Source: Alphaproteobacteria bacterium (GTDB lineage: Bacteria; Pseudomonadota; Alphaproteobacteria; JACZXZ01). Taken from it: a DNA stretch of 64,000 bases. Shown here one piece after another: positions 30,016 to 40,319 of the stretch. The notes below the pieces were generated by a model. That model was not told where the DNA came from, did not search any database, and saw only the letters and a list, made by a program, of their open reading frames with translations. The stretch spans positions 3,135 to 67,134 of the forward strand of contig JBKQRV010000093.1 in assembly GCA_052143835.1 (NCBI GenBank), in the 5' to 3' direction. A program made the translations under genes and the position numbers. Positions within the stretch are counted from its first letter, which is position 1; each line of letters begins with the position of its first letter.

Positions 30016-31673
30016 CGGCACTCCAGCCAGAGGCGACAGGCCATGGCGCCTCGCCGCGCAGCTTCCAACTCGCGCTCTTCGTAATCGCCTTGCTCTCGGG
30101 CCTCGCCGCGGCGTGGCCACCGCTTCATCTCGTCATCGTGAACGCCAATCTCGCCACCTATTTTCACGAGAACATCGGCTATCGCTTCTTCTGGGTGCTG
30201 CGCGCGATCGACGGCGCGCCGGGTGACTTCGTGCATCCGGGGCAGGGCGTGCTCCTCTCGCTCATCCAGGCGATCTACTATCTGGCGGGCAAGGCGCTGG
30301 GCCTCGATCTGTGGGGCCGGATCAGTCTCTTCGGCCACCTTACTCTCGGCGTCCCCACCGTCGCGACGGCGCTGCTGGGCTTGGCCATAGCGCTCGACCG
30401 CAGGCTCGAGCCCGGCGTTCGTGCGGCCCTCGTGACGGCACCGCTCGCGATGGGCCTCGGCCACACGCACATCTTTTCCTACAGCCTGTATCCGGACTAT
30501 ACCGCCTATGCCAAGCTGTTGTTTCTCCTCTTCGGCTGGCGCTGGTTGGCGCTCGGGGGATGGAATGGTATCGAATCGGCGCGAGCGGCCTCTGAGCTCG
30601 GCATCCTGGGAGGGCTTCTCGGCGCGCTAAAGCTGAACTATGCGTTCTTTCCGGCCGGTCTCCTGCTGGCTTCCCTCGGCGTGACCGCGGCACTTCGCCC
30701 GCGCATGGCCCTTGGCCTCGCGGCGCTCGTTGCCGCGGTCGCTGCGGCGACGATGGGGGGGCTGTTTCTCCTGCACTATGGCGGCAGCGTCCAGCCCATC
30801 TTGCGCTTTTTCGTCGTGCTCTCAAGCTTTTCGCGCTCGCTTTCCGGCGCACCCGGCCTTTCGATCGATCCCTTCGCAAGCTGGTCCACCAACAACTACT
30901 CGGACCTTGCTTGGCGTGCGGCCCTTATGGCCGCACTCTGCGCGTTGATGATCGGACAGCGGCGGGCAAAGGCTCTGTTCTTTGCCCTCGTCTTGGCGGC
31001 CATAGGTGCCATCGCCGTGATGCTGGCCTATTGGCGCGGCGGCGGGACGAGCTACTTCGACGCCGTCGTCATGCTCAGCATCCTCTCTGTTCTTGCCGCC
31101 GCGACCTTCGCCGGCCGGCGCGCGCGGAATTACGCATCATTGGTGCTTGCGGGTATCTTCGTGGCATGGCCGGCCGCTTGGGTCGCCTCCAACTGGCAGA
31201 TTTACGAAACGGACCATGGGCTGCTGCCGGACCTCGAACTTGCGGGGGATTGGCAGCGCGGGCTTTACAATTGGAACCGGGCGCAGCACTTGCCCGTCTA
31301 TGTGCTGATGCCGTCGAATAGCTTTCCGCAGGGGACCATCGAGGACATGATGCTGCGCGGCATGACCAATTTCAGCGATGATTGGGGCGTCGCGAACCAG
31401 AACCCGACCCGTGAAGCGCTGTTCCCCGAGTTTCACATCGTTTCCTACAACATGTTCGACATGTTTCGGCCGCCCCCGCGCTATGTCTTCATGTGGGTGA
31501 CAGGCAAGCGCCCCTTTCCACTGGTCGACCAGGCGACGCTCGATCGCCAAAACAAGGAAGTGGATCGCCTGTTGAGCGGACGGCGCCGTGAGGCGTGCTA
31601 TCGCGTCACGCAGGCAATCACGGGAGCCGAGATCATATCCTGCGTTGTGAGCTTGGCTGACGATCGGCCATAG
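30012..31673 (+). CDS. Family-B polytopic membrane protein, paralog (B')
   Basis: Colinear with 21316..22938; the ATG overlaps the stop of A' (ATGA). Confidence 0.55.
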   Translation: MTALQPEATGHGASPRSFQLALFVIALLSGLAAAWPPLHLVIVNANLATYFHENIGYRFFWVLRAIDGAPGDFVHPGQGVLLSLIQAIYYLAGKALGLDLWGRISLFGHLTLGVPTVATALLGLAIALDRRLEPGVRAALVTAPLAMGLGHTHIFSYSLYPDYTAYAKLLFLLFGWRWLALGGWNGIESARAASELGILGGLLGALKLNYAFFPAGLLLASLGVTAALRPRMALGLAALVAAVAAATMGGLFLLHYGGSVQPILRFFVVLSSFSRSLSGAPGLSIDPFASWSTNNYSDLAWRAALMAALCALMIGQRRAKALFFALVLAAIGAIAVMLAYWRGGGTSYFDAVVMLSILSVLAAATFAGRRARNYASLVLAGIFVAWPAAWVASNWQIYETDHGLLPDLELAGDWQRGLYNWNRAQHLPVYVLMPSNSFPQGTIEDMMLRGMTNFSDDWGVANQNPTREALFPEFHIVSYNMFDMFRPPPRYVFMWVTGKRPFPLVDQATLDRQNKEVDRLLSGRRREACYRVTQAITGAEIISCVVSLADDRP

Positions 31674-31779
31674 CATCGCGTCGACCGGCGCGGTGGGCTT
31701 TTCATTTCGTAGCGCCGGCGGCTCGGTCGATATAGTGTCGCTGAGGCTGCGCTCCGCTTGCGCGGGAGACCCCGCTGGA

Positions 31780-34059
31780 ATGACAGATTCGCCGATCATG
31801 GTCGCCGTCGCCCTTGCCTGGATCACCGGTCACTTTGGCCTTTATGTGGCATGCAGGCTTCGTGGCGGCAGCCTTGGCAAGTGGCAGGACGTGCTGAGCT
31901 TCCACCTCGTCTCGGCGGCGGGACTTGGGGCGGTCATTGCCGGCCTGAGCGTGCTCGCGTGGAGCGCCAATGCGGCGATGGCGGCAGCAACAGCGCTGGC
32001 GCTGCACGGCGTCTACAGCTTGGCAATGCTGGAGAGTTGGCCGCTGCTCGAGGCGAGCCTCGCGCTCGCAGGGGCGGAGAGGACGGCGTACCGCGGCGCG
32101 GTCGGCGAGATCACGTTTCTCGACCGCATCGATGGGCTGATGCGCCGATCCGCGCGGCTGCTCGCGATTGCCGCCTTCATCGCCCTCTTCGCAGCAGTCG
32201 CTTGGTATTTGCTGCTGCGCCCGATCTACGCCGCAAGCTTCATCGAATATTATATGAAATATCTGCCCTTCCTGACCGACCACGGGTTGCGGGGCATCCT
32301 CGATCTCGCGGCCCTGGGCGATCCGCGCCCACGCCTCCTTCCCTTGCTCGGTGCCGTCGTCAACGTCGATCTTCGGCGGGCCTTGCTGCTGCTCGGCCCG
32401 ATGCATCCATCGTTCGGCATCGCTTGGCTGATCTATCCCGCAGCTCTCGTAGCTCTCTACTGGGCCGTTTATCTCTTGTGCGGGCGGAGGACGCCGGCGG
32501 TGATCGCGACCCTGCTCTATGCGGCCTCGCCCGGGCACCTCGACATCCTGGTAGACTATTACATACCAGCCAAGCCGCTCGTAAATTTGTTCTTTATCAC
32601 GGCGTTGGTGGGTGTGGGGTTGAGCGAGCCGCACGCCTTGCTGAACAGGCGGCCGCGCCCTTTACTCGGTACGAGCATCCTGTTTCTCTCGGCGCTCGGC
32701 GGCGTGCTTTCGGACGAGACGGCGGTCTTCCTGATCTCAACGGCCGGCATCCTCGCGCTGCCGCGCCTACTCGACCGCAGCGCCGGAGCTGTCCGGAGGC
32801 TGGCGGCGCCGGCCGCACTTGTCGCGGCCCTCTTGATCTATGTCTCGATCGGCTTCTTCGCGTTGCCGGCGATCGCCGAGCGCCACGGGTATGCGGTCGT
32901 CCCCCTCGGCGTCGTCATGTTGCGCGGCGTCTATGCGGCGATGTTCGGCACGGAGCAGCCCCTCGGCGCATTTCTGCACGGCATCCACTCCGGCAGCTTG
33001 CTCGAGACCATCGTGTCGGCGCACACGGTGCTGGGTCGCGCCGTCGTCGGAGATTGGACGTACAATCGCCCGCCGCGACCCTTTTGGGACGCAAGTGCCC
33101 GCGAGTACGGCCAACAGCTCGCGGTCCTCATCGCGTTCGCGGCTCTCCTGTTGTCGGTCAGTCGCGCGCAACGCCGGCTCCTCTGGTCCCTCGTGCTGGC
33201 GTTCGCGTTGTTCGTATACGGGCAGGCGGTGATGATCTATCCGCTTGCTCCCTATTTGGTCGAAGTGAACTATTACGCCGGCCTCTCGTCCATCTTCGTG
33301 GCCCTGCTCGTCGGCCTGCTGCTCGGCGATTTTGCCGAGCGCAAGGGCTGCCTGCCCCTCGCGGGGCTCGCGGCCGCGTGGCTCGCCTTCACCAGCTTCT
33401 CCAACTTCCTCGCCACCGCGCAGCGGCACCCCGGTTTCACCGATGCGCCGTTGACCTGGACGGACCTGCGCGAGGCCCGCGCGCGCGCGCTGGCCGGACA
33501 GCTTCTCGATATGCCGGGAGCGGCCGGCTCTCCCGACGGGCTCCCGCATCGCGGCCGCAAGTACCTTTACGCGCTCGAGGTTGCGATGGCGCGGCAGCAT
33601 GCACGGGGCGAGCGCGTGGACATCCAACCGCTCCAACCGCTCGCGAGCGCTCCCCTTTATCGGAGTCTTCACCTGGAAACCCTGTTCGACACCAAGATTC
33701 CGCGTTTGGCACAGCCCGGTCCCGCCACCCTTGCGGAGGCAAGGGGCAGCGCCGGCGCTACGGCCGCGGCACTCGGCGTGGCGTCGCTACAAGGCCGCCG
33801 TCTCCGCGGCAGCACCGCCGAGTGGAACGTCGACATCACGATTGCGGAGAACGGCGTTGTCCGCGGCACGGTATGGCGCCCCGGCCTCATGCGGCTCTGG
33901 GGCATGACCGGCCGTCTCGCGCGGGGGACGGAAGGCGACTGCCTCGTCTTCGATCAGGCCCCGGCACTTTGTATGGCTACGCTCGTCACGCTCAAGGATG
34001 GCCTCTCCGCGTACGACGCCGGCGGCCGGTGGGTCCTCGCCTTCCACTACGTGCGGTGA
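31780..34059 (+). CDS. Family-A-related large (about 760 aa) polytopic membrane protein with long C-terminal domain
   Basis: PRLLPLLGAVVNVDLRRALLLLGP..PSFGIAWLIYPAALVALYW matches the family-A motif. The ATG at 31780 is in frame with the GTG-initiated track ORF 31693. Confidence 0.5.
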   Translation: MTDSPIMVAVALAWITGHFGLYVACRLRGGSLGKWQDVLSFHLVSAAGLGAVIAGLSVLAWSANAAMAAATALALHGVYSLAMLESWPLLEASLALAGAERTAYRGAVGEITFLDRIDGLMRRSARLLAIAAFIALFAAVAWYLLLRPIYAASFIEYYMKYLPFLTDHGLRGILDLAALGDPRPRLLPLLGAVVNVDLRRALLLLGPMHPSFGIAWLIYPAALVALYWAVYLLCGRRTPAVIATLLYAASPGHLDILVDYYIPAKPLVNLFFITALVGVGLSEPHALLNRRPRPLLGTSILFLSALGGVLSDETAVFLISTAGILALPRLLDRSAGAVRRLAAPAALVAALLIYVSIGFFALPAIAERHGYAVVPLGVVMLRGVYAAMFGTEQPLGAFLHGIHSGSLLETIVSAHTVLGRAVVGDWTYNRPPRPFWDASAREYGQQLAVLIAFAALLLSVSRAQRRLLWSLVLAFALFVYGQAVMIYPLAPYLVEVNYYAGLSSIFVALLVGLLLGDFAERKGCLPLAGLAAAWLAFTSFSNFLATAQRHPGFTDAPLTWTDLREARARALAGQLLDMPGAAGSPDGLPHRGRKYLYALEVAMARQHARGERVDIQPLQPLASAPLYRSLHLETLFDTKIPRLAQPGPATLAEARGSAGATAAALGVASLQGRRLRGSTAEWNVDITIAENGVVRGTVWRPGLMRLWGMTGRLARGTEGDCLVFDQAPALCMATLVTLKDGLSAYDAGGRWVLAFHYVR

Positions 34060-34221
34060 GTCGCGGTAATGAGATCGGGGACCACGAGTGTCCGGCAATG
34101 TCCTGCCCAGCCGCCGCGAACCGGTGCCCGCGTCGCCCAGCCGGGCTTCTAACTCATTGACCCATCGAGTAGGGGGGGCTATACAGGGCGCCTTGTTGGG
34201 AGCCTCGACGGTGCGCGACTA

Positions 34222-35259
34222 ATGCTTGAAAAGAATCTGAACATCAATGACTTGGTGGCCGAAGTCGCGAACGAGGTGCCGCGCACCTACCGCGACCTGC
34301 TAAAGGCCGCGAACTTGTCGCGTGATGAGATCAGCAAGCTCCACGAGATCCGCGACGGACGTGCCTTGCTCGATCTCCTGGGCGCACTGGCGACGGCGGC
34401 GGCGGTCCCTTGGATATATCTGGCCTTTCCCAATCCGCTCACGGCCGTGGTTTGCGTATTGCTGACGATCCACAATTTCAACAGCTTTGCCCAGGTCGTG
34501 CATGGCAGCGATCACGGAAAGTTTCTGAGCAGCGGTCGTTGGAACGACATCTTAGGATCCCTCGGCGCAGCGCTCCTCGGCTTCACCCGCGAAGGCCATG
34601 CGCTCGCGCACCAGATGCACCACCTGGAGCTCAACACCGACGAGGACTCGGATCGAATCTGGGGACGGCCGGAGCAGTCGACGCGGGAGATGCTCGGCAT
34701 GTGGCTCCAAGACATCTTCATGATCTCCGCGGCAAAGCGTCTCCTTCAGTACATGCAGTTCGACCGCAAGACCTTCACCGCGACGCCGTGGCGAGGGCTG
34801 AACCTCGGCTTCTTCAGCGGCAAGATCGGCCGCGTCGTGCCCGTCGTCGCCGTGCAAGTTCTCGTCATCGCCTATTACTCGGCGGTGATCGGCCCGCAGT
34901 TTTACATCTATTTCTACGTGCTGCCGATTCTCACCATTTATCCGGCGCAGATCCGGCTGCGTACGGCCTGCGAGCATTGCTTCGAGGCCGGCTATCGGCC
35001 GCGCAACAGAGGAGAGCGCTGGGTGTCACGCAGCATTCGGGCGAACCTGTTCGAGCGCCTGGTGATCGCGCCGCTGCTCATCCAGTATCATTTCGAGCAC
35101 CACCTGCTGCCCGGCGTGCCCTATTACAATCTGCCGCTGGCGCGCCGAATCCTTGCGAAGAATGGCCTGGAGGTGCCGTTGGCACCCGGCTATTTCGCCT
35201 TCGTCTTCCGCCGCTGGCGCGCCGAGCGGCAGCTCGCGCGCGCTGCCGTGGCCGTCTGA
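34222..35259 (+). CDS. Membrane fatty-acid desaturase family protein
   Basis: Three His boxes (HGSDH, HQMHH, HFEHH) with hydrophobic stretches between them. Confidence 0.75.
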   Translation: MLEKNLNINDLVAEVANEVPRTYRDLLKAANLSRDEISKLHEIRDGRALLDLLGALATAAAVPWIYLAFPNPLTAVVCVLLTIHNFNSFAQVVHGSDHGKFLSSGRWNDILGSLGAALLGFTREGHALAHQMHHLELNTDEDSDRIWGRPEQSTREMLGMWLQDIFMISAAKRLLQYMQFDRKTFTATPWRGLNLGFFSGKIGRVVPVVAVQVLVIAYYSAVIGPQFYIYFYVLPILTIYPAQIRLRTACEHCFEAGYRPRNRGERWVSRSIRANLFERLVIAPLLIQYHFEHHLLPGVPYYNLPLARRILAKNGLEVPLAPGYFAFVFRRWRAERQLARAAVAV

Positions 35260-35480
35260 GCCGAGCGAGCGGGCGGAGAGGATTTCACCGTCCTTGGGTC
35301 GGCTGTGCCGCTCTCCGGTGCGCGTCGTCGTGCGTAAGCGCGGCCGCAACTCTCGGCGACATGGCCCAAAGGCATTCTTTGCAGGCCAGAGGAAATTCGC
35401 TAAGGGCACGAAATCCCGTCCTCGCGTCGAAGGTCGTGGCCGTTGCGGGGGCTCCCCGGATGTGCACGAGGCCGGCTATT

Positions 35481-35642
35481 CTAAAATTTCGTATAGATGA
35501 ACGGCAGGAAAGCATGCCCGCCGCCCAACACGGCAAGCGCGATAAGGATGATCACCAGCGTCAATAGCGGGAAGAGCCAATATTTTTGGTTGGCCCAGAG
35601 CGCGCGAAGCAGGCTCTTCAAGAGGGGGGGCCGCATGTTCAT
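35481..35642 (-). CDS. Small (53 aa) single-TM protein, DUF5989-like
   Basis: MNMRPPLLKSLLRALWANQKYWLFPLLTLVIILIALAVLGGGHAFLPFIYTKF. The ..APFIYT.F C-terminus and the size resemble small proteins found in polysaccharide clusters. Start taken at the internal ATG of track ORF 35481..35714. Confidence 0.4.
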   Translation of the reverse strand: MNMRPPLLKSLLRALWANQKYWLFPLLTLVIILIALAVLGGGHAFLPFIYTKF

Positions 35643-35649
35643 TGCTTTG

Positions 35650-36873
35650 TCAATCGTGAGGACGTGAAGGCGGCGCTTCTCCGCGCTGCAGGGGGCGTTC
35701 GGACGCACTTCCACGGAGGAGGTGCGGCAAGACCGCGCCCTCTAGCCACGGCGCTCCGTCATCGCCCGCCGCGCGGGCGTCGGACGGAGGCTTGAGCCGA
35801 GGCCGAGCCGCAAGGATCGGTCTCTCGAAAAAATGGAAGAACAGCCACGCGAATGCGACGGTCGAGGTGATGTAGACCGCGAATTGAAGGGGCGTCGACA
35901 TGCCCGAGAGGCCCTCGCGCACCAGGTAAAGGGCGTGCATGTGGAAGAGATACACGCCGTAGGATATTCTTCCAAGAAAGAAGCTGAGCGCGCGAACGGC
36001 CGCGAAACGATCGATTGCCGGCGCGGCCGCTCGAAAGAAGGTGACGGCCAGCATGCCGAACGCGGCGGCAATGAAAGGAAATGCCAGCTTGGCGGCGGGA
36101 CTGCCGACCTCCGAAATGAGCGTCGTCGTCTTGAAGCCGACGAGGGACGAGAGCACGAGCAGCACGAAGGACGCGACCCCAGCGCGGCGAAAATTGAAGC
36201 GCTCGAGCAGGAGGAAGAGCAGGAACCCGTACACGATCGAATCGATGCGGAAGACGACGACCCTGCGCACCTCCGGGCCCCAGTTTCCGATATCCCCGCA
36301 TGTCACGCGCAGGATCGAGACCGCGACGATCACGACGACCGCGGTTTTGACGGGCCGAGCCATGCCGCGCGGTCCGAACGTCCGGATGAGGAGCAAGAGG
36401 GCGGGGAAGCACACGTAAAACCATTCCTCGATCGAGAGGCTCCATGCGACGGTGTAATAGTCGTTCGCGTTGGATTGACGCCACAGATTCTGCACATAAA
36501 AGAGATAACGCCAAAAGTCGGACGAGCGCATCTGCTGGAACAGCACCGAGATCACGATCAGAGCAACCACGTAGGGCGGAACGGTGCGCATCCAGCGCCG
36601 CACCAGGAATCTGAGAAGTGTTGTGGAATTGCCGCGCTCGACGCAGAACAGGATCTGCGGCGCAAGCACGAACCCGCTCAAGACGAAGAAGATCTCCACC
36701 GCGAGCACGGACACGGATTCGGCGACGCCGGTTCCGTCGGCGGTGTAGATGAAGAAATGCGGAACCGCAACCGACAGGGCCGCCAGTCCGCGCAACAGAT
36801 CCAGCGAAGCGACGCGGTTCAATGAGTCCGAGCGCAATTCCGCGCACTCAAATTGCACGATCCGATCGATCGC
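35650..36873 (-). CDS. Acyltransferase family 3 (OafA/OatA-like) integral membrane O-acyltransferase
   Basis: LDLLRGLAALSVAVPHFFIY; SVLAVEIFFVLSGFVL; WSLSIEEWFYVCFP; about 10 TM. Start taken at MAIDRIV; the track ORF extends to 37056. Confidence 0.75.
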   Translation of the reverse strand, partial: AIDRIVQFECAELRSDSLNRVASLDLLRGLAALSVAVPHFFIYTADGTGVAESVSVLAVEIFFVLSGFVLAPQILFCVERGNSTTLLRFLVRRWMRTVPPYVVALIVISVLFQQMRSSDFWRYLFYVQNLWRQSNANDYYTVAWSLSIEEWFYVCFPALLLLIRTFGPRGMARPVKTAVVVIVAVSILRVTCGDIGNWGPEVRRVVVFRIDSIVYGFLLFLLLERFNFRRAGVASFVLLVLSSLVGFKTTTLISEVGSPAAKLAFPFIAAAFGMLAVTFFRAAAPAIDRFAAVRALSFFLGRISYGVYLFHMHALYLVREGLSGMSTPLQFAVYITSTVAFAWLFFHFFERPILAARPRLKPPSDARAAGDDGAPWLEGAVLPHLLRGSASERPLQRGEAPPSRPHD

Positions 36874-37327
36874 CATCGCGGGTCCTGCGGCGGCAAGCCG
36901 GTCAAGGAAGCGATGGAACGCACCCGACGTGCAGTCATTGTTATCGCCTCGACCCTTGGAATTCACGCGCCGTCTGATCGCAATACCGGTCCCAACGGGT
37001 ATACCCGGCCCGCGAATGTGGCCCGGTAGATTGGCCGGGGCAAGCCCCGCGCGCAAAAGACCCGCATTCCACCGAATCGGCCTGCGATGCGCAACCTACA
37101 GCGGCCGCTTTCCCCTGTCAAAGTCGTCGCCGCGCGGGTCTGCTGGAGGCTGGTCCCGGCGTCGGCGTCGCCGCAAGGCTCTCGCGAGCGCTGCCCTTGC
37201 GAGCGCTTGCTTGAGGAACGTGGTGTGGTAACATGGCGGCGTCACCCTTCGGGTACTCGGCAAGCTCATCGGGCCGGCGCAAGCCGGTCGCCGAATCTCC
37301 TGCTCCCATTTCGTGCGTGCGCCGCTG

Positions 37328-38722
37328 ATGCTTCACCGCCGTTTGAAACTGCTACGGACGCTCGCGGTGAACGCAGTTGTCCTGTTCGCTCTGCTCGAGC
37401 TGGCCGGCCTCGTATATTACCTGGTGCATGACGGGCATCTCTATTATCTCGCCAGAGACTCGATCGTCAGAAATCGCGTCTCCGGACCTGCTGCGGGGCT
37501 GCGCGACGTCAACGCGGAAGATTTGCGCCGCGCATTGCGGCTGGGCCTGTCGCAGACCGAATTCCGCATCAGCCCCTACTACGGCTACAACCTCGCTCCC
37601 AACGAGCGAGTTCTCGTCGGGGATTCTCGCGCGCAGGATCTGGCGCGGCCGGAGTGCAAATATCGGGTCAATGTGCTGTGCGAGAAGGGCGGCGTCTATT
37701 ACGTTACGAACAATTATGGCTTCAATTCCGTGCTGGATTATCCCTACCGGAAGCAAGGCGACGACGAGTATGTCATCGGGCTCTTCGGCGGGTCCATGGC
37801 GGTCGCCTTCGCCAAGTTTACGATGCCGGAGCTGTACGACGATATCCTGCCGCAGGTGCCCGGGCTGCGCGGCAAGAAAATCACCCTGCTCTCCTTCGCG
37901 CGCGAGGGGTTCAAGCAGCCACAGCCGCTCGCGACGCTTGCCTACTTCCTGTCGATCGGCCAACGGTTCGACCTGGTCGTCAACATCGACGGTGCCAATG
38001 AAATCATTCATGCTCTGGTCAACAACCGCGCCGGCGTCGACTACTCGATGCCTTCCGACGGGCAGATCAGGGACCTGGTAAACATGTTCAGCGCGGCCGT
38101 GTATCAAGAAACCGGCCGTCCGGCCCTGTTGAGCTTCTTTTTTTGGAAGAAGGCAAGAGAGCGGCTGTTGCTTGAGATGTCCAAGATTCCGCTCGCCGGC
38201 CCCGCCCTCCTGCTCGAGCTTGGCGCGGAGCTTGCGGGGCGCCTCGAGGCACGGGCGGAAAAGTCGGCGCTCACGCTCGATCCCTCGGCGGCGCTCGCGC
38301 AGCCCGTCTTCATTCTGCCGCAGAGACCGGGCACCTCCCCGGAACAGGCCCTCGAGCAAAGCATCGCAACCTGGCGACGGTCATCGATCCTGATGGCGGG
38401 CATGCTGCGCAGCTACGGCATCCCATACCTCCACGTCCTTCAGCCCAACCAGTATCTTTCCGCGAAACCGTTCAGCGAGGAGGAAAAGCGGACTGTGCTC
38501 AGCTGGGACAAATGGTGGGCGCAACCGATGCACGACGGTTATGTGCGCATGCTTGCGGAGTCCAAGGAATTGACCAAGGCCGGCGTAAACTTCGTCAGCG
38601 CGGTGGACATCTACGATAATGTTCGCGAGACGATATATGCCGACGACTGCTGCCACACCAATCCCGAGGGCATGAAGCTGCTGGCACGGTTCATCGCCCA
38701 GCACATCCCGACGACGCCCTGA
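37328..38722 (+). CDS. AlgJ/DltD-like periplasmic O-acyltransferase-type protein, paralog 3
   Basis: N-terminal TM; VIGLFGGSMAVAF; C-terminal DIYDNVRETIYADDCCHTNPEGMKLLARFIA. Same layout as 16485 and 17791. Confidence 0.5.
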   Translation: MLHRRLKLLRTLAVNAVVLFALLELAGLVYYLVHDGHLYYLARDSIVRNRVSGPAAGLRDVNAEDLRRALRLGLSQTEFRISPYYGYNLAPNERVLVGDSRAQDLARPECKYRVNVLCEKGGVYYVTNNYGFNSVLDYPYRKQGDDEYVIGLFGGSMAVAFAKFTMPELYDDILPQVPGLRGKKITLLSFAREGFKQPQPLATLAYFLSIGQRFDLVVNIDGANEIIHALVNNRAGVDYSMPSDGQIRDLVNMFSAAVYQETGRPALLSFFFWKKARERLLLEMSKIPLAGPALLLELGAELAGRLEARAEKSALTLDPSAALAQPVFILPQRPGTSPEQALEQSIATWRRSSILMAGMLRSYGIPYLHVLQPNQYLSAKPFSEEEKRTVLSWDKWWAQPMHDGYVRMLAESKELTKAGVNFVSAVDIYDNVRETIYADDCCHTNPEGMKLLARFIAQHIPTTP

Positions 38723-38873
38723 AGCGGCAGGCGGGGCTCGAAAGCTGGGACCTCAGCCTCGAGCGGATCGTGGCCGGAGACGACGAGTCGGCCTTACGTC
38801 TCGAACCGCTCAAGCCGAAAGCGGGCGAACCAGGTATCGAGCCTTGAGTGACGGAAGCGAGCAAAGGAATGAA

Positions 38874-40319
38874 ATGAGCGATGCGCGAGCGGACCTCTTC
38901 GGGCGCAAGCGCACGATCCGTGCGCGGGCCGACCGTCAGGCGGGCGAGCGCCTCGCTTGGATCGCGCGCAACAGCTATTTCTACCGGGAGGACCACCGTT
39001 ACCTGCGCTTCCTGATTCCGCCGGGGATCAAGGTGCTCGAGCTCGGTTGCGGCGTCGGACACAGCTTGGCGGCGGTGGCGCCTGCGCGCGGAGTCGGCGT
39101 CGACTTCAGCGAGGCCACCTTGGCCGTGGCGCGCGAGCGCTATCCCGACTACGAATTTCGTCTCGGCGACGTCGAGGATGCGGTGACGCTCGAGGGATTG
39201 GGCGGACCGTTCGACGTCATCCTGCTCGCCGACACGATTGGTGAGCTCGAGGATTGCCAGACGACCCTTGTCAATCTCCGTCGGGTCGCGACGCCGGATA
39301 CGCGTATCGTCATCTCCTATTACTCGACGATGTGGGAGCCGCTCCTCAAGCTTGGCGTGTGGCTGCGGCAAAAGATGCCGCAGGAGCCGCAGAACTGGCT
39401 TTCGACCGAGGACATCATGGCGCTCCTCGAGCTCGCCGGGTTCGAGGTGGTGAAACGCGAGTGGCGCCAGCTCCTGCCCAAGCGCCTCTTGGGCCTGGGT
39501 CCTTTCGTCAACCGCTATGTCGCGACCCTGCCGCTCATCCGCCGTCTTTGCTTGCGCAATTATGTGGTGGCGCGGCCGCGGCCGACCGGCTCGCGCGAGG
39601 CGCTTTCGGCGAGCGTGATCATCCCTTGCAAGAACGAGCGCGGCAACATCGAGGCCGCGATCCGCCGCCTGCCGCGCTTCGCGGACGACCTCGAGATCAT
39701 CTTCGTCGAGGGCGGCAGCGAGGACGGCACGCGCGCGGAGATCGAGCGCGTGATGGCGCGCTATCCCGAGCGCGACATCCGCTTGTTGGCGCAGGACGGC
39801 AAAGGCAAAGCGGACGCGGTGCGCAAGGGCTTCGCGCACGCCCGCGGCGAGGTCCTCATCATCCTCGATGCCGACCTGACGGTGCCGCCGGAGTGGCTGC
39901 CGCGCTTTTACGAGGCGGTCCGTTCGGGCCGCGGCGAGTTCGTCAACGGCTCGCGCCTGATCTATCCGATGGAGGAGCAGGCGATGCGCTTTCTGAACCT
40001 TGTCGCCAACCGCGTCTTTTCACGGCTCTTCACTTGGCTCTTGAACGAGCGCCTGACCGATACGCTTTGCGGCACCAAGGCGCTTTTGAAGCGCCATTAC
40101 CGGAGGATCGCGGCCGACCGCGCCTACTTCGGCGACTTCGATCCCTTCGGCGACTTCGACCTCATCTTCGGTGCCGCCAAGCTCAACTTGAAGATCGTCG
40201 AAATCCCGGTGCGCTACGCGAGCCGGCGCTACGGCGAGACGCAGATCTCGCGCTTCAGGCACGGCTGGCTGCTGCTCCGCATGGTCATCTTCGCCTTCCG
40301 CAAGCTCAAGGCTTTCTGA
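38874..40319 (+). CDS. Bifunctional fusion: N-terminal class I SAM methyltransferase + C-terminal GT2 glycosyltransferase
   Basis: N-terminal VLELGCGVGHS and FDVILLADTIGELED; C-terminal SVIIPCKNERGNIE, ILDADLTVPPE. AAGGA lies 7 nt before the ATG; the track TTG is at 38844. Confidence 0.75.
   Translation: MSDARADLFGRKRTIRARADRQAGERLAWIARNSYFYREDHRYLRFLIPPGIKVLELGCGVGHSLAAVAPARGVGVDFSEATLAVARERYPDYEFRLGDVEDAVTLEGLGGPFDVILLADTIGELEDCQTTLVNLRRVATPDTRIVISYYSTMWEPLLKLGVWLRQKMPQEPQNWLSTEDIMALLELAGFEVVKREWRQLLPKRLLGLGPFVNRYVATLPLIRRLCLRNYVVARPRPTGSREALSASVIIPCKNERGNIEAAIRRLPRFADDLEIIFVEGGSEDGTRAEIERVMARYPERDIRLLAQDGKGKADAVRKGFAHARGEVLIILDADLTVPPEWLPRFYEAVRSGRGEFVNGSRLIYPMEEQAMRFLNLVANRVFSRLFTWLLNERLTDTLCGTKALLKRHYRRIAADRAYFGDFDPFGDFDLIFGAAKLNLKIVEIPVRYASRRYGETQISRFRHGWLLLRMVIFAFRKLKAF

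Noticed and set aside
31758-34160. 800 aa + ORF in an alternative frame over 31780..34059
   Set aside because: Extremely Arg/Pro/Gly-rich. The overlapping frame gives a membrane protein bearing the family-A motif.
35759-36847. 362 aa minus-strand alt-frame ORF over acyltransferase-3 gene
   Set aside because: Same strand but off-frame; Arg-rich. The annotated frame has the OafA motifs.
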